The notes beneath the pieces were generated by a model, which ran no database searches, had not been told where the DNA came from, and worked only from the letters and a program-made list of their open reading frames with translations. Made by a program: the position numbers and the translations under genes. Positions 24,321 through 39,783 of a stretch of 64,000 nt of DNA are shown here, piece by piece. Source of the DNA: Nymphaea colorata (Eukaryota); assembly GCF_008831285.2 (NCBI RefSeq), contig NC_045138.2, positions 37,200,001 to 37,264,000 on the forward strand, written 5' to 3'. Each line of letters opens with the position of its first letter. The stretch's first letter is position 1.

Positions 24321-27300
24321 GCTATAATCAATCTGATGTCACAGGATCTGCTTAAAATTTGCTTATACTTTATATTATCATGATAAATTCTGCTGATTTA
24401 TGATAGCTGGTATTCGAAATGTTATTGGTCATCTTCGTGGGGGAGTTGATGATGCAGAGTCTCTGACTATTCAAATGACATGAAAGCCTGGATTCTAGAG
24501 GAAGGACATGATTAAGCAAGCGGCTAGAGTCTAGATTTTAGATGTCTGCTTTGCGCTCTGACTATAATAATAGGAATATTTTTTTCTTATAGTAATGCGT
24601 TAATGGCAAAATCGAGTTGTAAAATGAGCGCAATGAATTGTCTATTGTCATAATCAAATGAAAAATGAGGCAACTTCATTGGGCATTAAGTAGTTGGAAA
24701 AAAGCATACAACCTTGCCTTAGCTTTGTCACATGTCTTGTCTTCCATGTTTCATGAGCCGACTCTGAGCATATTTAAAGCCATTCGATCAAGTGACCAAA
24801 TGAGCAAAACAATTTATATAACTTAAGTACAAGCTGTAACACAACATCAAAAGACCATGTACAGAAGCTAGTTTTTTAATCCTGTCCACTATGGGGGGAG
24901 TCTCTCCTCACAGGCCATGTACAGAAACCAGTTTGTTCTCGCCGGAGTTTTGGTACTCAAGACGCATTTCCTCCACTTCTCCTGCGTCTCTCCTCCTCTT
25001 CCCTTGAAAAATTTCTCTTGCCTTACCGCTTGTTTGGTTGGAAGGAAAGGGAGGAAGCTGTTTGTTTCACTTTCTCACACTCCATTGTAGCACATCAGGT
25101 TGGTCAGTGAACCTGAGATTTTGCATCTGCCGTCTTGTTTCCCACATATCAGTATCATCGTTAAGCGGAACAACCATCTTGTAGGCTTTTGAAAGGGCAT
25201 TTGATTACTCTGGATTTGAAACCCATGAATCTGATGTGGATCTGATATGGCGTGCTTTCGCTGATGCGACAAAAGATTCTATGGTTCATCAAACTGAAGA
25301 TCCATGCCTAAAATCATTACTTTACTTTTTTGCATTGAAAAAACATCATTTAAGATCGAAGGGAGGAGGGTATGATCTTTAAATTAATGGTTCGATATCA
25401 AATCTGAGACTATCAATCACACGCTAAGGGGTAGGTTGATCTCAAATACGAGGATCTTAAATCGGTGACTATCAATCCATGTCTAGGAGAACACGCCCTC
25501 TCCATTGATCACTCATATATGGATTCTGTCTCCTCGTCTCACCTGTCATTCTGTGTTGCCTTTAATCAATTCCCACCCATCAAGACCCTGCCAAAGATTC
25601 CTCCATAGACACAAACCTCTCCCCTCCTGCCCATGTACGTTACATCCATTTACACCACTAAATCAAGTGCAATAATTGTCTTTTGACTTAGAGCACACGA
25701 AGAACTTGAGAAAAAAACACAATTCGATTTTTGTGTATGGCTATATGTAGGCTTTAGGAGGATTTCTAGATGAAACGAATATTCTATTCTTATTGAAGAG
25801 AAATAAAATAGAATATTTTACAAAAACATGCTAACTTTTGAAAAATAACAAAACTACCTTCATATGTCATATAATTTTCACAATTAGGTGCGTTAGGAAC
25901 GGAAAAGGTGATTGGCTGACGCTTTCACAAAGTTGTGTATGCTTTTCCTTATGTAAATAAGGTGCTCATTTGTAAGATTTTCATCCATGTCGTTAGTTTT
26001 GAAACTGCCACCTTGGGCACTGCAGATACAGCAGACAGGAGACTTTTGCACCTTCTCAGATCCAAGACTAACATTGCACACAACATTTGTTTGATGAAAG
26101 CTTTTCGATTTAATGGTCATCTTGGTTGATCTTTAGATTCCCTCCAAATACCTTGACCAGAAAACTTTTCCCCCATGGCCTATGCAAATTCAAAGGGAAA
26201 ACCCAGTCGTAACTCCTCAACTCCATGTTGAATTACTAATAAGTTTTCCACTAAATAATCTGCAGGGGGCATGCCCTTGAGGATTATTTCAAGAAACCTG
26301 CTACAAAATACTCAAAAGTTGAAGCTAAATTTGCTGCATTAATGCTCATTTAATGGCCTAAAGGAACCTTTCCATAATCCAGAAGAAAAGCTCAGCTTTT
26401 GTCTTGGCCTAATCTGTACATTCAATCCTTAACCCGTATTAAATAAAGCCTTAATGAGACGTACATATTCAACAAGACATCTACTCTACTCCGCGGACGA
26501 TCTCATCTGCAAGCTCTGGTCTACTAGAACATGATAGCCGAACTTGAAATACTGAAAAACACTTTTGTGCTTCTGCTCAGAGCACTTGGTCATATAGCAC
26601 TATCACACATTCACATGCACACACACACACACGAGCCAGGTGCGCGGCCACATGTGTATGTCTGTGCGTGAGTGCATAAACCAGCATTACATCCTGTTTT
26701 GTCCTCTTTCACCCTCTCAACTCTGAAAACCTCATTGCAGTAAAGCTAAAGCAAAGATGAAGCAAGGTCTTATACATGTTGGCTGCAGCATTGGCAACAT
26801 TAGTTGCACCCAGCTGCCCAGCAACCACTTTACATGGACTTGCCCACATGCTGTACCCTTAAAGGGCCACATAAACACCTTCAAAGGTTCAAACTTCTTT
26901 TCATGAGTAAGAACTTCCCATATTTAAAATGCCAAAGCACAAGCCTGGTCAACCATACCATATAAGGGCAGGCACAAAAGGGAACTGGGTCTGGCCCACT
27001 AGATGTACCCAGAAGGTTCCAAAAAAAAAAAAACTTGTGCTGCAATCTTGCTAGTAGAACCTAAAAGCCTTTGCACTGTCTAGGCCTGCAGATCATACCC
27101 AAGACGGTGCCCCTTCAGTTAACAACTCAACCCTCTATCAACAGGTGATCGGAAAAGCTCTAGCCTAAACCTATTGCTATCTCAGGTCTGATTGAAATCA
27201 CAGAAATTCTGAACAAAGAACAGCAAAAGAAGGCTTAAGGCACATAAAACAGAAAAGAAGCTGAACCAAGAACCAGAAACAAGAGATTTGTTAATTAATT

Positions 27301-27700
27301 GATTCATGATAAGGGCACCTTAGGTACTGTATATTCATGGCAGCAGGCTAACAGTGTAAGGAGAGTAGAAAGCATAAGAATAAGAGCCCACAAAAACCAA
27401 ATTGAATTTCACAGTTATAAAAAGAGTGCGATTACAGAGCTCAGGAAGCTTTATCCATAACTGTTCCCATCTTATCATGCAGTCTTGAAACAATACAGAA
27501 TCAACTGAGCTATTATTGCAATATGAATGTGGAGGCGTTAGACTGAGCAGCAACATCATGATACCAAGTTGAGGCAGAGGCGCAGAAATGTGACATGAGC
27601 CAAATCTCATGCCAGTACATGAATATTAGACTTCCAAGCATTGGACTCTGTAGAACATGTAGTTGGGCAGGAATCTTCACTGTTATTTGTTCAATTACTT

Positions 27701-29934
27701 CTATCGTGTATCATCCTCACTTTTCTGCATCTCAGTGGCGACAGGTCCTGCGTTATCTGCTGGTGTATCAATTAAGGTGCCTGTTTTCATCTGTTTGCCA
27801 TTATTTCTCTCTGAAGGAATACTATCAGTGGAAGTGCTCATGAAAGAGTTAATTGTGAGCTGGCCGGAGTAAAGGATCAAGCCAATGGAATTAATGGCAA
27901 ACACGAATGTGGCAAGATAACATAAACCGTTGACGATTGTCCTGCATCAAGCACGGAAATGTGTAGGTGAACTGAATCTAAATTAAAACTGGAGTGAGAA
28001 GCAGTGTCTGACAGATACCTTACTGTTATAGTTATTTGGCGAACCTGTTAAGCACAGAAAGTTATCAGAGATATAATAAAGCGGAAGCTACAGAACTTTT
28101 TTACATTCAACTGAAGAACAGTGATACAAATAACTGAAATTCACCCGGGAGAGAAAAAGGGGGGGGGGTGGTGGTTGTGGAGATAGAGAGAGAAAATGCT
28201 GCCACAGTAAAATATTTTAGCAGAACAGTTGCACGGATACAATTCTTTTAGATGAATTGCTTTAAAGGCAACAGAGAAATGACTTTTTATACGCATTTTC
28301 TTTTGACTTTGAACTGTAACATCATTGTTTAATGCTACGCTCAGAACTGCAATCACCGATTACAGGTCTAAGTTAACTGGGACACATGTAACAGACCGAT
28401 AACTATATTTGATAATGGCTTCACAAACTCTATAGAAAACTAGAAACTATGAATGCACACAAACACGTACGTACTCAAGGCGCTAGAAACGCGCGGAACT
28501 ACATTAAAACATCGGTCTACAGTGGGTATGATTCATCTACCAAAAAACAGAGAAAATTGTTGCTATTGCCAGCAGGTGCAGTAGACATGATCTCTCGTTC
28601 CATATTTCGAACTTGAGAAAAGAACGGGCAGCTATGAACTGTGATATCTGGAAGAAACCCGTCAAAAAATGGATACTGAAGTGGGTATTTAAAAATCCAA
28701 TGGCGACTAACCCCTAGAAGAAAACGTAGGGAAAATATGGTGAAAAAAGAGATTCACTCGGGACTAACGTTCTTGACATTGGTAATTTCTACCCCATCAA
28801 CTAGGTGCTACTACCTTAAGAAAGGTAATCACAAAGGAACACGTCATTTGCCAAGGTGCAAGCATGTCCTGTTTTTACTTGTGGGAGAATGAGCAGTTCG
28901 ATCTGAAGCTGACAAGAAAATCTCATGCGACGGAGCGTACATCTGTAAAAGAGGATTTTCTGTTCAACCATGAAAAAAGACATAAATTGCAGATAAGTCT
29001 GGCGGGCAAGATTCAAACTAGATGGCCAGCGATCGCAAACTGGGGAAACAAAAATGCCAAAACAAGATATTCAGTAACAATTGAAATGGGGGAGAATGCG
29101 ACAGAAGCGGACCGAGAAGTTGTCGGAGATGGCCTGCTGATTCAATGCAGCTTCAATGGTGGTGGTGAACTTGTAGAGGATCAGCGCAATCGCTCCAGCA
29201 GCGAGGCCGCCGAGTAAAGCTTGCACGGGCGAGGGTGGCGGCCCCTCCTTCAATGTGGTTGTCCCCATGGCCTTTAAGTTCTCAATAGCTTCTTCCTTCA
29301 AGCTTTTGGCTTCAGAAGACCGCAATTTCTGACACCCGTATGAAAATTTTAATTGATCAGTGACAGGAAAAGGGAAGAATCTTCCATAGCAACATAAAAT
29401 CTTCAAAAGAATTCCAGTCGGAAGAAGAAGAGGAGAACAGAACCGCAAATCCTGATTCAAGAAGGCCTAAAACTCTGAAACCTTACAAGTACTCAACTGA
29501 ACCCGGTTAAACCGAAAGTGAAGGGCAAAGAGTCTCACAAGCTCCTTGGCGCGGCGAGCTCGGCGTCTCAGAGAACGGAAGAGGAAGACAGAAATAGCGC
29601 CGGTGAGGAGAACGCTGGTGGAGACCTGAATAGGCGAAGGGTTGGACGTGTCGAAAGGGTCCCCAAAAGAAGAAGAGGAGGAAGACGGCAATGGTGGCAA
29701 CTGGATGGGACCATCTTGTACCTCGTCCTCTGGCAACTGAGCCAGCCATGACGATGGCTGCTCACTTGCTCTAGATTGCGCTCTGCAAACCTGATTACGA
29801 TAAGTAATCCCTGAGGCCAGTTGGTATGCAGAACCAGCAAGACCAACACCACCAACTCTGCAATTTCCCCATAGATTGTTGGAGGGCAAAATGAAGCTTG
29901 GAGAGGGAGAAGGAAGAAGTTGGGATGACACCAT
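27701..29934 (-). CDS. DUF3082 family plastid membrane protein; exons 29934-29539, 29328-29113, 28044-28019, 27941-27701 (~292 aa)
   Basis: Ser/Pro-rich transit-peptide-like N-terminus; SVLLTGAISVFLFRSLRRRARRAKE, PPSPVQALLGGLAAGAIALILYKFTTTIEAALNQQ, SDNFSVRQITITVRTIVNGLCYLATFVF; GT-AG introns with consistent phases. Confidence 0.88.
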
Positions 29935-32079
29935 TGGATGGAGAGAACTACAGAGGAGTATATCCACCAAGATTGGATTGGTCGGCCGTGGATTTTGCGA
30001 CAGGGATGATGGCATTCGCAGAGAATTTATCGGCAAAACATAATCTCGCGATATTTATTTTCTCGGTACGAATATTCAAATCCGAATAAAAAAATAAACA
30101 AGGGAGACATGTATGAAAATGGTAGCAGCACATAAGTTGTCAGATCATATCGTGCGTATATTCTGCAGAAGTGAGATTTCAAAAACCTCATGATGAGTCC
30201 ATGAGACGAAGATCATGGTAGATGTTTGTTCGGATGATGGGGATTCCGGTGGCAAAACACTTAATTAAGAACACACCCAAGGGCTTACCTGACGAGTGAC
30301 ATGGATCTCGGGTCCGGCTCAAAATCCAGATCTTTAAACAGCATGATGGCTTGCAAGACTTGATCCGATTTTGAATATAAGAATATCAGATCCCAAAGAT
30401 AATAAGATATCATATCAAGACCATATTGGAGTCGAAGTTTCCAAATACTATATTATGTGTGTAGATTCATCAGATTTTGCTCTTATGCAACGCGGTAAAC
30501 CCTCAATGCGACCATTTATGTGCTTGTCTGCTATGCATCATACAACGTACCTACCAGACAATTCAAACAGCGTTTGATGGTGGCCGATGTAAGGACACTT
30601 TAATAGAACGATTATTTATTTGCATCAACATCGGTTTCAGAGACCTTGAACACCGTTCCATCTCGATAAATGACCATGTTCCCTATGTTTATGTTTGTTC
30701 CTGGGGTGGCATATACATTTTATATGAATTCATCTTATTTCTTTGGCTGTCACTTGAGGTACGATATTCTTGAGGGAGAGAGATACCAAAGTCTCTCCTT
30801 CATTTATCATGTTTGCAGGAGACACGGTTGGTTTGATACTTGGTGAATTTACAATTACTTCCTTCAATTTGAGGGTAGCATATGTCAGTGTTTACAGAAC
30901 ACTTTAGAAGTTAAGCATCCAATGAAATCAAACTAATGACTAAGTTTTTACAAGCTCGACCAACTAAGCTCGACCAACTACACTATGATGTTCTTTTGAG
31001 GATATGAATTTATAAGAATTTTCTTTATCAATAACAATATGTGAAAAAAAAAAAAAAACTTGGTTGACCATGTGTATTAAGAGCAAAATTAGCTAAGGGA
31101 ATGAAACATATTGGCTTCATAATTGTGCGTATATAGCGTATATTTCCTAGTTATCTTGTGCACTGTATGATCCGGCAGATCAATTTGCTATTATTGGTGA
31201 CAAGAGCACATGCATGACCTCTGTGTTGCAAGGTGACTAAAACATTAGATTACGACTTCATCTCAAACTGGGGGATTCTGATCCGCAGATTTTGGATCAA
31301 GAAGGGCCACCTGCATTCATGGACATGTCTTAAGGCCTATGACGATGCCCTAGGTTTGTTTGAGGCACCAACATCCATGTCATATCAGATTCTTCGATTT
31401 AAAATAGCCACTGGTCGATCGTTAGAGTACTGACGAAGCCACAGACAGACAGATTTCAGTCACCAATAAACTATTCCAAATTCCAGATTTCGAGGTAATC
31501 AGACATTTTGTGCGTGTTTGAATTGAGGGACATGAAAGAAAAGAAAAGGATAGCTAATTTTGGTTGTTTAATTTTGAAGGAGATAAAAACAAAGAAAATG
31601 TTAAAGCAAATTGTGAAATGAGAGGAAATGAAAGAAGAGAGAAAATGGTATATTTTCATCCTTGTAGAAATGAAGGGATTAGGAATAAAAGGAAAAAAAA
31701 AATAGTTAAAATGAAAATTTGAACCTCAATTGGGCAAATGGCAGAGCCACATAGAAGCCACTATGGGCACTTGTCCACGAATTTTTTTTTATTTTTATAT
31801 TAATGTGTTCTTTTTTTTTTTGTTTATTTATACCTAATGGTGCCCTTAAAGATACGGGGTTCTTGAATTAATGCCCCGGAGCATGAACTTATTGATTCCG
31901 CCTTTGGTTTTATGACATGTTAATCTATTTCTCTCTTCTTCTTTATCTGATGGACAGAAGGGTTGAATATGTACAGGAATCTAATAAAAAAATATACAAG
32001 ATATATAATCAATATATTTCAAGACTGGTCGTATATAGTCAAATTTTCAAATATTAGCAAACTTAATTTGTAGCCTCTA

Positions 32080-32510
32080 CACCATCAAGAACACACAGAT
32101 TTCGTATCTTGCAAATGTTCCACAACACCATGGATAGTAGTAACATTCTCGCCCATTTCTGCTTAAGTCTTCCTTCCCACCACCAGAGGAGCAGATGCTT
32201 CATTATGCACATAATGAATATTAAATCTCTGAATTCCATCCCTTAACCATTGGTGGACGTTCTCACATGATATGAAAGTTCGTTTCACATCTCTTTTTGC
32301 AGAAATAGCAATTCTTTACAAGACCGAAGCCTACTTTTTTCAATCATGTCTTGGGTAGCTAATCTACAACACTCATTTTGATTTGGCTCTTGGAACAGCT
32401 TTATTATTCCAAATCCAACTTCTCCAAGGATCCGCCATCTTTCTCGGCTTGATATTATTCAGCCCTTTCCTTAGTGTAGATTTCCTTGATATAATGACCC
32501 TTGGATTCTC
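32080..32510 (-). mobile_element. L1-type LINE ORF2 3' relic (zf-RVT region)
   Basis: Minus-strand pieces DPWRSWIWNNKAVPRAK, RLATQDMIEK..GLVKNCYFCKKRCETNFHIM* and VLWNICKIRNLCVLDG match plant L1 motifs in the expected order, with frameshifts and stops. Confidence 0.75.
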
Positions 32511-35500
32511 AAAAAAGTTTGTAAGATTATAAATTCTTGCGTTTTAAGATTTTGAAAGGAGAAAGACGGAATGTCAATTAGGGGCCATTTGGTTGGGATG
32601 AGAACGTTTCCCGTTTATATTAGATCCAACTTGTCGTCAATATGGGAGTCTTAGGCTAAGATCTTAAGTCCCTGACATATAATTTTAGTTAGTTTAATAC
32701 ATCACATTTTTTAGTGTAAATCTTTTTCTGCATCTGCAAAGACGTGTCAAAATGGATTTAATAATATCAAAGGACATCAAAGACAGCCCCGAAAAGTTCT
32801 TCGATTGATTTCTTTTTCTTTTAAAAAATTAAAATCATGAGAAAGGGTGGCACTTAAAATCACAAACATTTTGTTTCTGAAAAGGCGAAACGAAGAATTC
32901 CTTCTCACTGTTTGACTAGTGGAACTAAGTCCTTCAAAAAAGGACGTTTCAGCATCAAATTCACGCGTTAGGAATTAAGTTTGTTTTATGCACCGCAGGA
33001 AATAGGGACCATATTAATAGTTTTCTCTCACTCTCGTCATTATATCGATGTCGACAAAGAAGCGAGTGGTTGTGAATGTATTTCATCTTTCTAAATAGAA
33101 TCCAAGAGATGCTTTCAACAATAAAAGCGTGTTTGGTAATAGCCATGCTGCCTTCTTTGGAATATTACCGTGTTCTTAAATATGCCCATTTACCAAACAT
33201 AAGAGCATGTTTGGTAATAGTAGCACATTGTTTCCTAAATTTGTCTCTAAGATTTATGGATCATGTTGTACGAATCTACTCCAATTTTTAAGTAAATTAA
33301 TAGAAAAACAAGCACTAAAGGGTAGTTTTTTTTTTTCTTGCAGATATGATTTTCGGTGATCATGGCATTGCGGCGACTTGGTGTTTAGCAACCACTGATT
33401 TCTAATCACGAAAGGTCATCATGTTCTACTTTAATTAATCGAGAGAATATTTTGTTTGATACCTAATCACTTTTGCATTACACGAACAGCATTCTCATAG
33501 AAGACTAGATTACACAGCATTCAAGATTGTCATCTGGTTGACTAGATCCTCTTACTGTTCCATGCTTGTCTTCTTTCTTTCCTTTTCTTCTCTTTCGTTG
33601 CTTTTCTTTCCCAGTGAATCATCGATGCTGGAGATGAGGAGGAATCTAATTCTAATCCTGCTTGGCACCAAAACAACCAACAGTTGAGTCGGGATTCCAT
33701 GTCTCTCTCTCTCTCTCTTCTCCCAGCTCACAATTTAAACTGACGGTTCACGTTTCCGTTGTCTGGGAAACAAAGGGCAGATGGCATCGTCTGCTTTCCA
33801 TTGAAAACGAAATCAACTGCGAGATTAGTGAACATCGTCGCACCGCACCCGCTTTGGGAAAAGGGAAACAGAGCTCAGCAGAAAGACAGATCTTTGTGTC
33901 GTTGCGTGCATCTTTATCCCGAAGAACAGTTTGTCTCATTGCAAAATTTGCTGCCAACATCATCAATTCTTTATTATCAGTATTATTATTCACACAAGTT
34001 AAGTTTGAGAACATTATCATAAACTTCTCTCAAAAGTGTTTTTTTTTTTTTCTACATTTAAGACTGCGTTGGTGTCTAGTAAAAAACAAGTATTTTAAGA
34101 TCTTATTAGGTTTGCTAAAGTTAATATGTTGGTACTTTTTAATCTTCTCCTTCACATGTTTGTACGTGTTCTAGACAGGCGGGTAAGGCCAACATGTGTG
34201 GGACACCGATGAGTGGGTCCGAAGGTATTGCAAATAGGCCGGTCAGATCTGGTAGGAGGGTTTTATCAGGTTACTTTTATACCAGCTAGTACCGGACCCA
34301 GTTACACCCCTAGCTTTAGTCTCCATAATAAAGCCATAAACTTTCATCTCCGATCTGCATCACATGGACACGCTTCTCAGCGGTGTCGTGGTAGTTAAAG
34401 GTGTTGGCTTGGCTCGAACTTGTGACGAGTCATGGTTCGTGTCACCCATTGAGGGAAAACAATAATTGTGAATCAATCAACTTCAAATCATGCTCTAAGC
34501 TTATATGTGTGGCATTCCTTCAACCAGCTTGTTTAATGCATATCCATGAAATCAACGCACGCGATGACAAAACAATGAAGTTATTATAACTGTACCACCA
34601 ATTAAGATACTGCCCCACCATTCTTTTCTATTATTTTTTGGACTACTGACGTGGCTGTGTTGATTTAACCTGTCCTATCTTTCTTAATTTATTTTTAACA
34701 AAAATTATGTATTTAATTTTAATTATTTATTTTTATGTAAACAAAAAAATACAATGTTTGAGTGCCGAAACTTCCACCCAATCATTTATGTAACTATTTC
34801 ATGAATTTGTTTCAAAAATTAAAGAAGATTCCTAGCTTACTTTTAGTACATGAGTTCTTCAGTGGGTGAAATCTTTTTTACACCACATGAGGTTATATGA
34901 TTAATTGCAAACAACTTTAACTCTTTAGTCATTATATTTACTTTGCTATCAAAATATTTGTCTTCCTGTTTAGCCAATGAACTGTTTGAGAGAAAAACAA
35001 TGGGAGCACAAGAAGCGGCAGGTTCCTTTCAATCTACACCAGTGAAAATTAAAAGAGAAGGATAAGCGAAGAAGAGAAAGAAGTGGATCAGCTCCACTAG
35101 CCGCTGCTTCATTCATGGAAAACATGCTTCCCCTTTATGCTACGGCATCCCTTATCATATACCTTTCCACGATTTGCTCCTACTTTTTCCTACTTTTTTT
35201 TTTTTTTTCAATTTCTTCCTTCTTTGTTTGAACTCAATTGACCCATGCGCAGAGGCTCCACAAAAAGTTGAATTTCATAAAAAGGAAAATAAATAGAATA
35301 GGCTGAACATTTTTTTTCTTAATTTTTTTTTTGTAAAAGTTGGTATAACCAATGAAAAAAAGGGAAGAAGAAAGAAAAAAAAAATGATAAAAAGAGCATC
35401 TCTATGTGCTGCTATCCTGCATCTCCATCTTTTCACGATGACAAGTCAATCAGCACTCTCTTCTCAAAAGAAAAAAATAATAATAAATAAAAAAAAAGAA

Positions 35501-38500
35501 GACAAACGAGAAAAATGCATGTGCTTCCTCCAACTCAAACAATGACCTCTCCGTCCTCTTTCTTCTCTCTCTTCAAGGACAAAGCCGTCCTTTTCAAAAA
35601 GTAGAGAAAATAAAAAAAAAAAAAAAAAAAACCAAAGTGAAGAAGGCGCGTCATTTCCCACGAGAAGGATTAGATACAGCTGGAGAAAATGTCATCAACA
35701 CAATTACCGAAATACCCCTGATGTTCATGGGGGGCAGGCAGGTCATTTCAAATTTCAGTAGTCAAAAGGACAGGGTCACAAGCGGGGCAGCGGACTGCGA
35801 GGGGACGCTTCGGACCATTAAAATTTTATTTTCCTTCATATAAATAACGGAGTTAAAAAAGAAGAAGCGGAAATTAATGGAAAGAACAAGGAAAGTAGGG
35901 CCGAAGAGGGCCGTACCAAGAAATTTAAACGTTTAAAGGTAGAGAGAGAGAGAGAGAGAGAGAGGGCGACAGGCGGACTCTGTGGTCGAGGCGGAATCGG
36001 GTTCCACCACAGCTTTTAACGTTACAATCTGAAACTACAATACTGCCCTCACTTGTTTAACTCGAAGTCAAATCTGCCCTCGTCCCTCTCCTTAGTTCTT
36101 TTGGATTTTTTTTTTCCGTTTCTTTTTGTTTTCTTGGAATTGCTTTTGTTGGTCTGTACGGGTACAGAAGGTTAAAAAAAAGTTCAGATCTTGATAGATC
36201 CGAATCCGAGATGCTAAGTGAGATCTCGACCCGGTTCCGGGATCATATTTGGATTTGGTGTGGATCCAGATCCGAGGTAGATTACTCGGTTTAAGATTGC
36301 TGATCCTGAGCCGACTAAAATTAAATGGCGATACAGCAAGCCGCAACCTGATCCGGACTTTTTTATGAATTTTCGTTTCATGATCTGAATCCATGAATTG
36401 GATATCCAATTAAAATCGTTTCGTTAACGGCCACGAGTTAGCTTGGGCTAGACTCATGGCCCGTCTACATGAGCTGAGCTCGAGATCAGAACATAGCGAA
36501 GAAGGTCCAGTCAGATTGGAACCAGATCTCGAATTAGAGTACTTAGCGAAGAACTAAGGGGCCGTTTGGTAATAAGAACAATGACTAATTGATCCATGTA
36601 TCCGCGCTAACAATTTGTTATTGTATCCATTGCGAAAGGAAACCCAATGGATTTGCCCTGAGTATTTATTTAACTCTTCACTTCTTTCTAACTTGTTAAA
36701 GTTAATGGTTTCATAATTTCATCAAAGACATCAAACTCTAATAGAAGAATTGCGTCACTTACCAACAAAAAACTTAATCACAGCCTTGTTATGCATCTTA
36801 ATCATGATCTAGTGCGGTTGAATACGACACTGGAAGCCGCGTTAGTAAAACTTTTACCGACGCTTCCTTCTCTTCCATTAAGAAAGAAAAGAGTCTCTAG
36901 ATCTATTGCTCCATCTTAACGGCCGGATATTAATTACTAACACACATTTAACGCGATTAAGGCATCGCATCTAGATCCAGCCAGGCATAATGCAGAGCTC
37001 TTGGGCCATCTAAAAGCTCAGTTTAAGCTCTCATTGATGTTGAAGACAAGTTACCTTTATAGAAAGATATTCAGTCTAGTTCTGCCCAAGTCAAGGACTC
37101 GGTTGCTAAAAATTTTGATGTGGACCAAAATAACAAAACTCCCTGTTCTGGTTATTTATATCCCAAAAAAGCAACTCTGCGATTCTGTTCAATCAGATTA
37201 CAGACAGGACATTTGTGGAGCTCTCAGGCACATCAATGAAGTTGTTTTTTCTTGCACCAAAGAAGACAAACCCCGCCCGAAAATTCCTGAAAGCAGAAGT
37301 TCTTGACAGCAAACAAGTGCTATCAAGAAAATGGAATCACCCAAAAGAATTTTAACTGAAGTAAAAAGATGAAGGAGAGATCTCCGCACACAGGAAAAGA
37401 GAAAGAGGAGGAGAAAGAGAGAAAAGGGGATTCTAAATTTGTCTACTGCGGTTAATGCATAAATGTGAGATCAGGTGGAAGAAAGGAGAAAGGGAAATTG
37501 AAAGAAGGCGTAAATTAAAGAGAGAAAGGACAACCATCTTAAAGGGTTCGGCTCCACATGACCAAAATGGGAACTACAGTCTTCCATTACAGAAATTTAA
37601 GCAGGTTATGGGGAAACATTCTCAGAAGTCGAAGAACACTTGTCACCTTTTACTTAGTAGTTAAATATGATGCATTATTATAGCAAATGCCACACATGCA
37701 TAGCAATGCAGACCAACCATGCAAAGCAACGAGAATCACATCCACAGAAGCAGAAATTCTCAGAATTGTCCTTCTAAAAGGCAACACTCGTCATCTACAG
37801 CTTATGATTTTATTATTATTGTTGTCATTATCATTATTAATTTTATGGCATCTTTCTATCTTATGACATAACAAGAACAGTAGCCCAAAGCAAGCTTTTC
37901 CTTGTTTTCAGCTGGGTATATCCCAAAAAGGGCCTGTCTTGCATCTTCATCGACAGTGCCAAAAATATCCTGTAAAATTTTGGGGATGTAAACTGGTCCA
38001 GTTTATTCTATTTATTGATAATAAGGCTTGTGTTTGAAGGGTCAGATAAGAGAATTGCTAATGGTATTTTGCTCATACAAAATGTATCTTTTTTCCCTTG
38101 GAAATTCTCAAGTAATAAATAAATGGGTGCACACAAAATTCCAACATGTGATATGCCCAACATAGATAAAAGCATAGATCACGCATGAAACTACCCAAAA
38201 AGTGCATTTATAGTCTTTTGAGAAGAGATTTCTTAGTCGTTTTTTTTTTGTAAAACCCTAGGAAGGAGATTAAAAAGTTATGACAAATGTGGGGCACTAT
38301 ACTGGATTTTGTTATGAATTTAGGAGTGTTTTAAGTCATTCACAAGAAAATTATGAGGGACATGTATTTACAATACCATGATTGAAAAAACTCCAAAAAT
38401 AATTGGATTTTTTCCTCCTCAAATCCCACACAAGAAAAAAAAAACAAGAAAAAACTAAAACAACATAGGGTGGGTACCACTTTCCCACACCATTCTTTTC

Positions 38501-39783
38501 TGGGAGCCTCAATTCCCCTTTTGTCACAAATCTGTGAAATTAGTGTGGTGGCCCCCACACTGCTGTCCCAGAACCTCTAGTTGCCCCCAAAAAAGAAGGG
38601 CAATTTAGTGAATGCCTGCAGGGCACTCAGAAGAGAAGGAAAAAAAAAAGGAAAAAGAAAAATCAGAAAACAATAAAGTTGACATAAATACATGCCTGAC
38701 ATTTTCATGTATGTTTGCTCAAAGAGATATGACTTTTTACTCAATTTGTGTTTCACTACCTTTTCCTGTATAAGTTGCCAAATGGGTTCTCACTTCCAAC
38801 TCCTTTTGATTCGACCCTGCATAATTTGCAACCTCTACATTTCTATCAGCTCAATGGATGTGGTGAAAGAGAAAAGGGTGAAGCTTCATTATTTGGTTTC
38901 TGTTTTTAGTCCTTTTCTTCTTTTACGGTTTAGCTTTGTCTCGTCCTACCTTAAATTTGATTCATTTTTTTCTTCTCCTTCACCCTTATGCTTACTTTCT
39001 TCTTCATACTCAAATTTTCAAGAGGACTGCTTTTACTGGGGAAGAACATGGAGTGATCTAACAGACAGGCCGAAACAGAATATGGAAATTGCTTGTGGTC
39101 TTAATGGCGTCTATGAAACTAATGATTCTTTGAGTGTGGAATAATGTTTGTCAAGAAGCAGAAGAAAATTGAAAGCATTCCTCGAGTTCAGCAAATACAG
39201 TTCTCAAATGAAGCCATTGTGTAAACTACCAGGCAATCCATCGCCTTTCATGAAACGTAATCAGCAAAGAGGGGTGGCTCTGCAAATTGTTTCTAGAAAG
39301 TGAAAAAAGCCCGACCGCAATAACCACAGGGAGTCAGAGAGGAGGAAGAAAAAAGCCGAAAAGGGCGAGGGAGGCATTGAATGATAACCCGTTTTGTCCG
39401 GGTCCCCATCTAAAAGCAGTGAGTCCTTGTCGGTTACTGCTAGGCCACAACTGGCTTCTCTGTGCTCACACTCTGCACACACACTCTGCACACACACACA
39501 CACACACGCATACACACACAAAGGCACACGCGCAGAGTCTGAACAGGTATCTTATTTACCAACAAAATGATGAAAAAGAAAGATTCATCGTGTGTGAATG
39601 AATGAAGGGAAATGAAGGAAAACAAGAACAGTGTTACTACATCTCTCTACCATTATTGGTCTCTTTACTTCTGATATGGACAAAAATAATGTACAGTGAT
39701 GTTAATGATAGTTATGGGTATGTAATGTAGCAAGTTATGCTAGAAATAGCAGTGCCGCTGGTTAGGAGTGGGAGGATCTAGTT

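Noticed and set aside
33515..33630. Weak miR172-like fold-back (CAGCATTCAAGATT ... GAATCATCGATGCTG)
   Set aside because: Only ~14 bp pair, with two mismatches, and neither arm matches mature miR172 (AGAATCTTGATGATGCTGCA) without indels. Probably chance.
33662..34174. 170-aa plus-strand ORF
   Set aside because: Non-ATG start, runs through CT and poly-T tracts, and has no recognisable motif.
34376..34450. tRNA/SINE-like stretch with a GGTTCG motif
   Set aside because: No cloverleaf stems could be built, and the B-box match is incomplete.
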